Shown here: positions 26,239 to 35,042 of the stretch, piece after piece
Layout: every line of letters starts with the position of its first letter
Position numbering within the stretch: the first letter of the stretch is position 1
DNA from: Spirochaetales bacterium
GTDB taxonomy: Bacteria; Spirochaetota; Spirochaetia; JAFGXN01
Length of the DNA: 61,199 nucleotides
Assembly (NCBI GenBank): GCA_016936615.1
Contig: JAFGXN010000050.1
Span: 1 to 61,199, forward strand
Direction of reading: 5' to 3'
Notes under the pieces: model-generated
Told to the model about the DNA's origin: nothing
Seen by the model: only the letters and a program-made list of their open reading frames with translations
Databases searched by the model: none
Translations under genes and position numbers: made by a program

Positions 26239-26391
26239 ATTACAAAATTTCTTCTACGACAGCCCGCTATCCCTGAAGGGATTATCTTTTTTTTTATCTC
26301 AATAGTATTCTTCGTATATGGGCTGATCAAGAGTAGCCCCTCCGGAATTATTCTCGCTGGAGTCCTCGCAATCTTAGTAATATCTCTGACA

Positions 26392-27519
26392 ATGATAAAT
26401 TTCTTATATAGCTACTACCTAAAGCAGTTTTTACAAGAAAAAAACATCTCAGAATCTCTAAACTACAAGACAGATAGCATAAGGGCTAATGACGAGTTTA
26501 AAATTTTCCTAAATATTGATCTACCAAAGATCTTCATCCCGGGAATTACAACAATGCTGAGCCAAGACTTTGAATTCGCGACTAGGGATAAGTTTGAGAT
26601 AAAGATTGGGCTAAAATTTGGAAGAAACCACAGAGTAATAGCTGCAAATGCCCCGTCTCGAGGTGAGTACAAATCCCAAAATATTAGGATTACAACTAGC
26701 GATGTTCTGGGATTTTCACGAAGCATTATAGAATTTGATGCAAGAAAAAAGATCATTGTCTACCCTAACCAGATTCTATACACAAAAGAGAATGAGACCC
26801 CTGCGTCAGGAGGGAAAAAACTAATAAATTCAAAAGAGACAAGAAAAAACGAGGCCTTAACAGATTTAAAAAAATACTATCCAGGAGATGATCTGCGCAA
26901 AATCAACTGGAAGGTATTTGCAACCTCAAAAGAACTCTATGTCAGGCAAGAAGATATCGAAGCAATGCCAGACTCAATGTCTTTTTTTGTCCTGAATATC
27001 GACCTTTCTGAAACAAACTCAAAACAACAGGAAAGAGCTAACTACCTAGATAGAATTATTGAACTTTTCACTGCACTTGTAACCTCAGAAATCTCCACTA
27101 AAGGAAGTGCCTGCGTTGCAATACCTGGACGACACCTAGAGATCTACGACTCATCATCAATAAGCAGATTTCTCAAAGAGGTTTCATCTATCTGGATCTC
27201 TGACTCGTTCAAAAAGCTAGAGATTGAGGGAATAAGTAATTCAGCAGTGAATATTATAAGTTTTCCATCTGAAAAAAAACTTGAAACAATTGTCTCAACA
27301 CTTAGACAGAACAAGAATACATTGAATATCTTCTTCAAAGATAACTACAAGGCGACAAACAAGATGGTTAGAGCCTCAATACTTAATTTTATCTACAAAA
27401 AAAGCGATTCACGACAGAGACATTTTCTTCTTGAAAAGGATAAGACTCTCGCAGCAAAGATTGACAAAACCATACAGACAATACTTAATCAGTCGGAGGT
27501 CAAAATTGAAAGGCTCTGA
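26392..27519 (+). CDS. DUF58-family protein (second copy); intact ORF from the first ATG, true N-terminus probably upstream (see finding)
   Basis: DUF58 signature YYPGDDLRKINWKVFATSKELYVRQE. The 153 nt upstream are open in frame and TM-coding. An SD plus TTG 26222 lies in the adjacent frame and connects through T9 (26287-26295). Confidence 0.7.
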   Translation: MINFLYSYYLKQFLQEKNISESLNYKTDSIRANDEFKIFLNIDLPKIFIPGITTMLSQDFEFATRDKFEIKIGLKFGRNHRVIAANAPSRGEYKSQNIRITTSDVLGFSRSIIEFDARKKIIVYPNQILYTKENETPASGGKKLINSKETRKNEALTDLKKYYPGDDLRKINWKVFATSKELYVRQEDIEAMPDSMSFFVLNIDLSETNSKQQERANYLDRIIELFTALVTSEISTKGSACVAIPGRHLEIYDSSSISRFLKEVSSIWISDSFKKLEIEGISNSAVNIISFPSEKKLETIVSTLRQNKNTLNIFFKDNYKATNKMVRASILNFIYKKSDSRQRHFLLEKDKTLAAKIDKTIQTILNQSEVKIERL

Positions 27520-29587
27520 AAATCTGTCAAAATACCTAATATTCAGCTTGCGAAATATTCTTCTATTGATAACAACCTTCTCGTGGTTTCTGATAGTAAA
27601 GGAGAGCTTAGACCTTCCTTTCGCAATCGCAGCCTATGCTGCATCAATCTTTCTCGCCTTTATATTTGAAAAAAACAATTTTCGATTTCTATCATCATTA
27701 ATACTGCTTATGTCGACAGCTGCAATTCTCCGATGGATAATCTTCTTAGTTTTTCTAGTCGCAAGCAGGGATGGGAAATACAATGTTGATATGCAATACA
27801 TCTTTTTTGATGTAAATCTCCTTGCAGTTATTCCTCCATGTATCTTCCTGTGGATTAACAACTTCTTCTCGCTTCGCCACAATAAATACAAGGTCTTTGA
27901 GATTTTCATAAATATTCCCTCATTTATAGTGGTTTTCACCTTCCTGAGCAAGCAGAACTTGAATATTTTCAAGAATCCATCGACAGTGATAGTCATCATT
28001 GGCTTTGTCCTATTTTTAAATACGATTCTACTTTTTATCTACACAAGAGAGAAGAACCTTTTCTCAAGCAGAACTCAGTATTTTTCTTTTCTGTTATCAG
28101 TGATCCCAATAGCACTGGTAAGTTTCTTCTTTTTTTACGATTTTTATGAAGAAAAAGCTAAAAAAACCTCAGAATCACTTGTCCACTCAGGGATAGCAGG
28201 AATAGACTTTGCGAATTTCTCAGAATTATCTCCAGAATTAAAGCAAAATACTGACCTTATTTTCATCATCAAGGCTGATAATTTTAAAAACGGAACCCTA
28301 TACAAGCGATATATCTTCCCACGCTACGAGCGAGGGAAAGGTTTCTTCATCCGGGAATCTGACAAAGATTTTCTCGAACCATTATACATAACTCAGCCAC
28401 TTATCCAGAACAAGAGCAGAGCCCAATATCTGACCATGCAAGAGACATTCTCAGACACTATCTACAGTGTTAATCTCAAAAAAAACTCCATAGTAAGTGC
28501 TGGATGTTTCAAAACTATTGAACTGCTCGAATTAAATAGCTATTCAAACTTCAACTACGCCTTCAATTCGTATTACAATGAAACTACAGCAAACAAAAGC
28601 CATACCTCAACCATAATTGAGATTCCAAGCGACCAACTAAGCATCTATCTTGAACATGATGATAAAGGAAGAATTCGAACACTTACAGAAGAGATAACAA
28701 ATTCCTCCACAAATATCTATCACAAGGCAGAGGCGATATCGACCTACCTGCAAAAAAACTACTACTATTCTCTTCGACCAGGAATAGTAGGAAAGGATGC
28801 TATAGAAAAATTCCTTTTTGATGAAAAAAAAGGGTATTGCTCATACTTTGCAAATTCCATGGCAATTATGTGTCGAACAATAGGAATCCCAACCCGAGTT
28901 ATAGCTGGGTTCAAACTTGAAGAGACAGAAGAGATTATGAATCTACGCCCTGTGTATGGATATATGGCTCACTCATGGGTTGAAGTCTATGTGCCCGAAT
29001 CTGGCTGGGTCACTTTTGATCCAACCTCTGACCAGCTTCATCCTAGTGAGAACTACACATTCTCCCCAGTTGATTCTCAAGAGTTTAAAAAACTTGCAGG
29101 ACTTGTTCTACAGGAACAATTTCAAATCAACTCAGAAACTGACCGACAAGATCAAAGTGATCAGCAACAAGATGGATTTAAGATCTGGTACTGGTTTTTA
29201 CCATTTTTATACATACTAATTATTACAACAACAAAACACATGTATTTACTACTAAGTCTTATTGTTAGAAATTTAAGAAAAAAAACCCTACTTAAGTTTC
29301 GTCATGTAAAATATATCCTTAGTAACCTTGGAATATATGAAAAAACAACTGAGACAGAAACAGAATACCTCATATATGTAAGTAATATCCTCAATGTAGA
29401 TCTAAGAAAGCTTGATTCTCTACACCAAAAAGCTCTCTACTCGAGGGAGTTCACCTCTTCAGATTACAAAGAGTTTATCTCAGAAGCAAAAAATTTCAGA
29501 AAGGTAATAAGGAAAAAATACAAACCTCTCTACAGGATATTTGGAATCCTCAAACCTTTTGGATTTATCAAGCGAGGCAGAAGATGA
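27506..29587 (+). CDS. TgpA-like membrane transglutaminase
   Basis: N-terminal multi-TM block. Transglutaminase core with Cys (KGYCSYFANS), His (MAHSWVEVY) and Asp (VTFDPT), plus a C-terminal TM. Start taken at TTG 27506, preceded by GGAGG (27494-27498). The track ATG 27431 would overlap DUF58 by 89 nt. Confidence 0.8.
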   Translation: MKGSENLSKYLIFSLRNILLLITTFSWFLIVKESLDLPFAIAAYAASIFLAFIFEKNNFRFLSSLILLMSTAAILRWIIFLVFLVASRDGKYNVDMQYIFFDVNLLAVIPPCIFLWINNFFSLRHNKYKVFEIFINIPSFIVVFTFLSKQNLNIFKNPSTVIVIIGFVLFLNTILLFIYTREKNLFSSRTQYFSFLLSVIPIALVSFFFFYDFYEEKAKKTSESLVHSGIAGIDFANFSELSPELKQNTDLIFIIKADNFKNGTLYKRYIFPRYERGKGFFIRESDKDFLEPLYITQPLIQNKSRAQYLTMQETFSDTIYSVNLKKNSIVSAGCFKTIELLELNSYSNFNYAFNSYYNETTANKSHTSTIIEIPSDQLSIYLEHDDKGRIRTLTEEITNSSTNIYHKAEAISTYLQKNYYYSLRPGIVGKDAIEKFLFDEKKGYCSYFANSMAIMCRTIGIPTRVIAGFKLEETEEIMNLRPVYGYMAHSWVEVYVPESGWVTFDPTSDQLHPSENYTFSPVDSQEFKKLAGLVLQEQFQINSETDRQDQSDQQQDGFKIWYWFLPFLYILIITTTKHMYLLLSLIVRNLRKKTLLKFRHVKYILSNLGIYEKTTETETEYLIYVSNILNVDLRKLDSLHQKALYSREFTSSDYKEFISEAKNFRKVIRKKYKPLYRIFGILKPFGFIKRGRR

Positions 29588-31299
29588 AAAAGATATTTTT
29601 AATTTCACTTTTTTCTATAATAATAAATATAGCATATTCTCAAGAACAGGATGCTCGGTCATACATAGAGTATTTGCAACAGGCCTCAATTGCAAAAGAG
29701 GCTGGAGCCTACGACAAGGCACTCCGGGAGCTATATTCCGCAGCAGAACTGAATCCGAAGAGAATGCCAGCATACTTTGAAATCGGAAAAATCTTCTACG
29801 AGAAGGAGTTGTATGAGAATGCGATAGAAAGCTTTAACAAAGCACTAAAAATAAAAAAGCTAGACTACAACACATTATACTACAAAGCTCTTTCACTCTC
29901 TCTTCTTGGAAAAACCGAGGAATCATTTAAAGTATTTTCTATAATAGAAGAAAATTTTAAGACAACAAACGATTTTCTGTACGAGTATGCATGGGTCTGT
30001 TTGAAATCATACAGATTGAACAAGGCAGAAGAACTTGCGATAAAACTCTACAATAGTGAAGCTAATTTTTTTTCCACCTTCCTGCTAGGAAATGTTTACT
30101 CCCTACTTGATAGATATGAAAAATCAAATATCTTCTATCTACAAGCACTTGCCTTCGCAGAGAAAAGCAAGAATAGCAACTTTATCTCATCTACCTACTA
30201 CAATCTTGCATATCTTGAGAAGGAGTCCTCAAACATAGAGAAGGCAGAAGAGTATGCAAAGAAGTCGATTGAGATCCTTCCCCGCTTCACATCCTTCCTG
30301 CTGCTAGGAGATCTAGCGCTTAACAAGAACCAACTCACCGAGGCTCACAACTACTACAACAAAGCCTACAATAAATCGCCTAATCCTCTGACACAACAGA
30401 AGATTGCAGAGATTCTTCTTTTACAAGGAAAGCTCGAAGAGGCAGAATTCCTAATCCAGCACATATTTGATGCATTCAACCAGGAGAAGATCTCTTTATA
30501 CACGATAAATGTTGGAAATGACTCATTCCTAGCACAACTCAACCTGCTGAATAGAGATTTGCAAATAGCAAAAAACAACCGGCAAATTATAACAAGCCGT
30601 GGGAAATTACTAGTACGAGCTAGGCTTTTTTTCCAAAAAAAAATAAAGATAAAATATCTCGACAATATCTACAAAAAATACATAATAAAAGATAGTCTCA
30701 AAAAGGTAAGGCACTCTGAGAATAGCCAAGGATTTCTGACACTAGCAATCGCAAACAAAAATTATAAAAAGACAGCTAACAAGTATCTCGAGAAAGCAAG
30801 CCAGACAACAGATGATAAAAAGATAGAAAGAAGAATAGAGATTGCTAGGCTACACATCAATAAGAAGAATATTGAACTTGCACAAACAATTCTAGAGAAC
30901 CAGCAAGAGATAAGCGCTAAAGAGCGAAACAGAATAATGCTAGAAATACTCGGAAAATGTGGAGAATTTGATAGGAAAATCTTCTCATTAGCAATACAAC
31001 ATTCTCCAGCAATATATGCAAATAATTTCAAGAGAATAAAGGTCTTTGCTCAAGAGGAAGAGAAAGAAGAACTCAAAAATATCTTTAGCCAGGGAATATT
31101 CAAATTCACAAACGAACAAGAGTCATGGGCAAAGCTGAAGATAGTTGATAACAGCGAGAAGAGGAAACAAATTATTCTTCTTGATCATTCAAACAATATT
31201 ATCTTCGCATACAATACAGAAAGCTACCAGATAACCAAGAAAAACATCAGCACAATCTATAATGACTTTGTCTCCGAACTCTTCGGCCTTCCAAGATAG
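29584..31299 (+). CDS. exported TPR-repeat protein
   Basis: 571 aa. Signal peptide MKKIFLISLFSIIINIAYS and multiple TPR-like repeats. ATGA overlap with the transglutaminase stop. Confidence 0.7.
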   Translation: MKKIFLISLFSIIINIAYSQEQDARSYIEYLQQASIAKEAGAYDKALRELYSAAELNPKRMPAYFEIGKIFYEKELYENAIESFNKALKIKKLDYNTLYYKALSLSLLGKTEESFKVFSIIEENFKTTNDFLYEYAWVCLKSYRLNKAEELAIKLYNSEANFFSTFLLGNVYSLLDRYEKSNIFYLQALAFAEKSKNSNFISSTYYNLAYLEKESSNIEKAEEYAKKSIEILPRFTSFLLLGDLALNKNQLTEAHNYYNKAYNKSPNPLTQQKIAEILLLQGKLEEAEFLIQHIFDAFNQEKISLYTINVGNDSFLAQLNLLNRDLQIAKNNRQIITSRGKLLVRARLFFQKKIKIKYLDNIYKKYIIKDSLKKVRHSENSQGFLTLAIANKNYKKTANKYLEKASQTTDDKKIERRIEIARLHINKKNIELAQTILENQQEISAKERNRIMLEILGKCGEFDRKIFSLAIQHSPAIYANNFKRIKVFAQEEEKEELKNIFSQGIFKFTNEQESWAKLKIVDNSEKRKQIILLDHSNNIIFAYNTESYQITKKNISTIYNDFVSELFGLPR

Positions 31300-32234
31300 T
31301 TCTCTTCGACATCACGAATAAAGCCCAAGATAGAATTAAAGAGAGGTCTCTGCAAGCTTGTATAAAGAAAGAGACAATGATGCTTTCTCTTCAAACCTGA
31401 CACATCAAGCGATTCCGCCCTGACTTGAGGAGATTTAAGCCTCTGCTGGATTCTCAACAAATTCTGATATGGAACAGTTGCATCGCTTCGAGCATGAATT
31501 ATATATGCGGGAGATTGAATCTTTGGCAACTCCTTCCCTATCTTCTTAAGATTCATATACAAGCTATAAGTCTGCTTAGGATAGATACCATTATAACCAA
31601 CCCAATTCTCATAACCATCTTGATCAGAATCACTCTTAGCCTTTAACTCTGGTCTAAATTTTTTGATAAAGAAAGAAAGAGGTCGAATGACATAGAATGC
31701 AGGTTCATGTATTACAAAAAAAGGATATACTGAGTTCAAGAAGACTGGTGCTGCAATGGTGGTGATTGTATCTGGCATATCATCAGGAGAATTAAACTCC
31801 TCTGCAAGCTTCAATGTCAACGCGCCACCCATTGAAGTCCCAACAATATGAACCTCTTCATATTTCGCTCTCAAGCCAAGATAGTATTCACGAAGAAATG
31901 CATACCATGTAGAAAAATTCATATCTAACAGATGGTCGGGATGTGTTCCAAAGCCAGGCATTCGAGGAGCAAAGACATCAAATCCAGCCTCATCAGCAAA
32001 ATCTCCAGGGCTTCGATAGACAGATGGAGTAGACGGAAAGCCGTGAACAAAAAGCATAGCCTTTTTCCTTCCTTTCTCAATAGAAAAGGAGTCAGCCTCA
32101 GGAACAAAGACCTTATCTGCTGTTCGGTGGCTCCAATCCTTTGCTTTTTCTCGAAAGAACAAAGGATGATTATTTATCAAAAATAACAAAATTATCACAA
32201 AAATAACTGAACATATTACTATAATTGCATCCAT
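31257..32234 (-). CDS. membrane-anchored alpha/beta hydrolase (esterase/lysophospholipase-like)
   Basis: 325 aa. N-terminal TM, HGFPSTP oxyanion region, and nucleophile elbow GTSMGG. Confidence 0.7.
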   Translation of the reverse strand: MDAIIVICSVIFVIILLFLINNHPLFFREKAKDWSHRTADKVFVPEADSFSIEKGRKKAMLFVHGFPSTPSVYRSPGDFADEAGFDVFAPRMPGFGTHPDHLLDMNFSTWYAFLREYYLGLRAKYEEVHIVGTSMGGALTLKLAEEFNSPDDMPDTITTIAAPVFLNSVYPFFVIHEPAFYVIRPLSFFIKKFRPELKAKSDSDQDGYENWVGYNGIYPKQTYSLYMNLKKIGKELPKIQSPAYIIHARSDATVPYQNLLRIQQRLKSPQVRAESLDVSGLKRKHHCLFLYTSLQRPLFNSILGFIRDVEENYLGRPKSSETKSL

Positions 32235-32319
32235 TTTAATAGAATAATTTTTTTTTCTTAAAAAAACAACGCTTTATCCTTATTATTTAATTAAAAAGCT
32301 AAAAAAAAATAAATTTTTA

Positions 32320-32348
32320 TTGATTTGTAATTTTTTACATTCTATATT
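32320..32348 (+). promoter_or_regulatory. candidate promoter for the acyl-synthetase/glycerophosphodiesterase pair
   Basis: TTGATT (32320-32325), 17-nt spacer, TATATT (32343-32348). GGAGG precedes GTG 32377. Confidence 0.4.
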
Positions 32349-32376
32349 AAAATATAACTGTTCAGGAGGATAAACA

Positions 32377-33903
32377 GTGATATTACATTATGAATTTATT
32401 AAAGTTGCAAAAAAGTTTAAAGATAAAGATGCAATCGTAGACCATACAACAGGGAAGACCTTATCTTACAAGAAGGCGCTAATCGCCTCTTTCATATTAG
32501 AGAACAAACTTTCAAGCAACAAAGAAGAAAATGTTGGAATACTATTACCAACTTCAGCTGGAGCAATGCTTTCTATACTTGCTTCATGGATATCAGGAAA
32601 GACCCCTGTAATGATAAACTACAGCATGGGAGTTGAAGAAAATTGTGAATTTGCTCGTAAGAAATGCAATTTTTCAACAATAATAACTTCTAAAGCATTC
32701 TTAATTAAAATGAGAATGAAACCTAGCGAGAATATGATTTTTCTAGAAGACATATTATCGAATGTATCAAAGGTTGACAAGATCAAGGCCTTGATCAAAT
32801 CTCTCGGTAGTGCAGAAAGTGTCATAAAGAGGATTGCAAAAGTTGACGAGGACAAGAATATTGTAATACTTTTTACAAGTGGAAGCGAGAAAGAACCAAA
32901 GGCTGTCCCTCTAACACATAAGAATATTGGAACAAATGTTACAGATATTATTAAGGTATTCAAATTATCAGACAAGGATATAATCTTCAGCATTCTACCT
33001 CTTTTCCATGTCTTTGGATTTAACACACTTTTTGCAGTACCAATAACAATGGGAATGACAATCAACACCTATGCGAACCCGCTTGACTTTAAGAAAGTGC
33101 CTGAACTTGTGCGAGAGACTGGTTCGACACTGATGGCCTCTACACCAGCATTTCTCGGAGGATATCTCCGCGAAGCTAAGCCAAATGACTTTGCCAAGAT
33201 GCAGAATCTTGTCGCTGGAGCAGACAAACTCCCAGAATGGATTCGAGCTGGATACAAGAAAGATCACGGTGTAGAAGTGCTTGAAGGCTATGGTGCAACT
33301 GAGACCAGCCCAGTAATCTCTACAAACCTAATCGGAGCAAACAAGCCTGGAAGTATCGGACAGGTAATGCCAAGCCTCAAAGTCAAAATAATCTCCGAAG
33401 ATGGCAAAGTGCTCTCAGCTGGCGAACAGGGTAAAATCCTTGTAAAAGGCGACAGCGTCTTCTCTGGCTACCTTGACGGTGAAGCTCAAACAAAGGCTGC
33501 ATTTATCGACGGATGGTATGATACCGGAGATATAGGAATTCTAGACGAAGATGGCTTTCTCTGGCACAAAGGTAGGGCAAAGCGATTTGAGAAGATTGGT
33601 GGCGAGATGGTCTCACTTATCAAGATTGAGAATATACTTGAGGCTCTTCTTCCAAGCGGTACAGATTGTTGCGTAGTAGGCATCCCTGACGAGAAGAAAG
33701 GAACCAAGCTCGTAGCAGCAATCACAAACACAGAGATAGATGAGAATGAGATAAAAAAAGAGATGCTTGCAACTCTACCTGCAATCGCAGTACCAAAACA
33801 ATTTATGTATTTTGACAACCTTCCTAAGATGGGAAGTGGAAAGATTGCATTCCGAGAAATTGAGAAAATGGTAAAGAACAAACTAGAAGAAATTAAGGAA
33901 TAA
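32377..33903 (+). CDS. AMP-forming acyl-ACP/acyl-CoA synthetase (Aas C-terminal-domain-like)
   Basis: 508 aa with a GTG start. Adenylation motifs LFTSGSEKEPKAV, EGYGATETSP, GWYDTGDIG, and KMGSGKI at the C-terminus. Confidence 0.8.
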   Translation: MILHYEFIKVAKKFKDKDAIVDHTTGKTLSYKKALIASFILENKLSSNKEENVGILLPTSAGAMLSILASWISGKTPVMINYSMGVEENCEFARKKCNFSTIITSKAFLIKMRMKPSENMIFLEDILSNVSKVDKIKALIKSLGSAESVIKRIAKVDEDKNIVILFTSGSEKEPKAVPLTHKNIGTNVTDIIKVFKLSDKDIIFSILPLFHVFGFNTLFAVPITMGMTINTYANPLDFKKVPELVRETGSTLMASTPAFLGGYLREAKPNDFAKMQNLVAGADKLPEWIRAGYKKDHGVEVLEGYGATETSPVISTNLIGANKPGSIGQVMPSLKVKIISEDGKVLSAGEQGKILVKGDSVFSGYLDGEAQTKAAFIDGWYDTGDIGILDEDGFLWHKGRAKRFEKIGGEMVSLIKIENILEALLPSGTDCCVVGIPDEKKGTKLVAAITNTEIDENEIKKEMLATLPAIAVPKQFMYFDNLPKMGSGKIAFREIEKMVKNKLEEIKE

Positions 33904-33906
33904 CAG

Positions 33907-34710
33907 ATGGAATTTAACAATTACTTTGATCCTGTACCAAAGGTTATGGCACACCGTGGAGATTCAAAATTTTTCCCAGAAAACACAATGCCTGCATTCA
34001 TAAGTGCAGCAAATCTTGACGTAGATGTAATAGAGACTGATATACATATCACAACCGACAACCAGGTTGTGATATGGCACGACCAGTCGCTTGAACGAGT
34101 CTCAAATAAGAAAGGAAAGATTTCAGAATATTCATATGAGGAGCTACTCGAAGTAGATCCTGGTCATAACTTTACAAATGACGAGGGGAAGACATTTCCT
34201 TTTCGAGGTAAGGGATTAAAGATTGTTGAATTTTCAGAGCTATTACAAAGCCTACCAAATATGCGGTTTAATGTAGATTTAAAGACAAATTCTAACCGTC
34301 TTGTACAGCAAACCATTGAAATATTAAAAAAGACAAACTCCCTTCATAGAGTTTGTCTAGGCTCTTTTCACACTGAGAATATTGTCAGGCTAAGAAAACT
34401 CTGCCCTGAAGTAATAACATCTTTCAGCCCTGCTGAAGTGAAAAGATATGTAATACAACATAAATTAGGTATTTTTAATTTTAATAAGAGATTTAAAGGA
34501 AAAAGCTTCATGATTCCAGTCAAACAAGGCTCTATAACAATTGTGACTAAGGGGTTTTTAAACGCTGTCCACAAAAAAGGGTTATATGTTCATGTCTGGA
34601 CAATCAACGAAGAAGAAGAGATGGCTAAACTACTTAAGCTAGGAGTAGATGGAATCTTTACAGATGATCCGCGATTGCTTATCGAAACAGTAAGTAAAAA
34701 TAATCTATAA
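33907..34710 (+). CDS. glycerophosphodiester phosphodiesterase (GlpQ/UgpQ family)
   Basis: 267 aa. Motifs AHRGDS...ENT, ETDIHIT, VHVWTIN and GVDGIFTDDP. Confidence 0.85.
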   Translation: MEFNNYFDPVPKVMAHRGDSKFFPENTMPAFISAANLDVDVIETDIHITTDNQVVIWHDQSLERVSNKKGKISEYSYEELLEVDPGHNFTNDEGKTFPFRGKGLKIVEFSELLQSLPNMRFNVDLKTNSNRLVQQTIEILKKTNSLHRVCLGSFHTENIVRLRKLCPEVITSFSPAEVKRYVIQHKLGIFNFNKRFKGKSFMIPVKQGSITIVTKGFLNAVHKKGLYVHVWTINEEEEMAKLLKLGVDGIFTDDPRLLIETVSKNNL

Positions 34711-34758
34711 AATAGTGAAAAAAATCTATGTTTCTCTTGAAAGAAGTACTTTAAACTT

Positions 34759-34783
34759 TTATTATCAATATAATTGATAATAA
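34759..34783. promoter_or_regulatory. perfect 25-bp palindrome (operator-like) just upstream of oadG
   Basis: ttattatcaat-ata-attgataataa, with 11-bp perfect arms. A TATAAT hexamer (34769-34774) sits at its centre. AAGGAG at 34791-34796, ATG at 34803. Confidence 0.45.
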
Positions 34784-34802
34784 ATATCAAAAGGAGTTAC
34801 CA

Positions 34803-35015
34803 ATGATTGTAGAAGGTCTTATTATCACTGGCATTGGTTTGGGTGTTGTATTCTCCTTCCTAGTTCTTTTAATCTTCTGTATGAAAGGAATGTCTGCTGT
34901 AATTATCAGATTTTTCCCAGACAAGATTATCGAAGAGCCAGTAAGAGGTGGACAATCACTGAACAATGAAATCGCTGTTGCAATAGCAGCTGCTAAAGCT
35001 TTTAGCAAAAAATAA
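34803..35015 (+). CDS. oadG: Na+-translocating decarboxylase gamma subunit (OadG-like)
   Basis: 70 aa with a single N-terminal TM (MIVEGLIITGIGLGVVFSFLVLLIFCM). Sits directly upstream of oadA. Confidence 0.7.
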   Translation: MIVEGLIITGIGLGVVFSFLVLLIFCMKGMSAVIIRFFPDKIIEEPVRGGQSLNNEIAVAIAAAKAFSKK

Positions 35016-35042
35016 ACTATTATTAAATGGGGACAAATTAAG

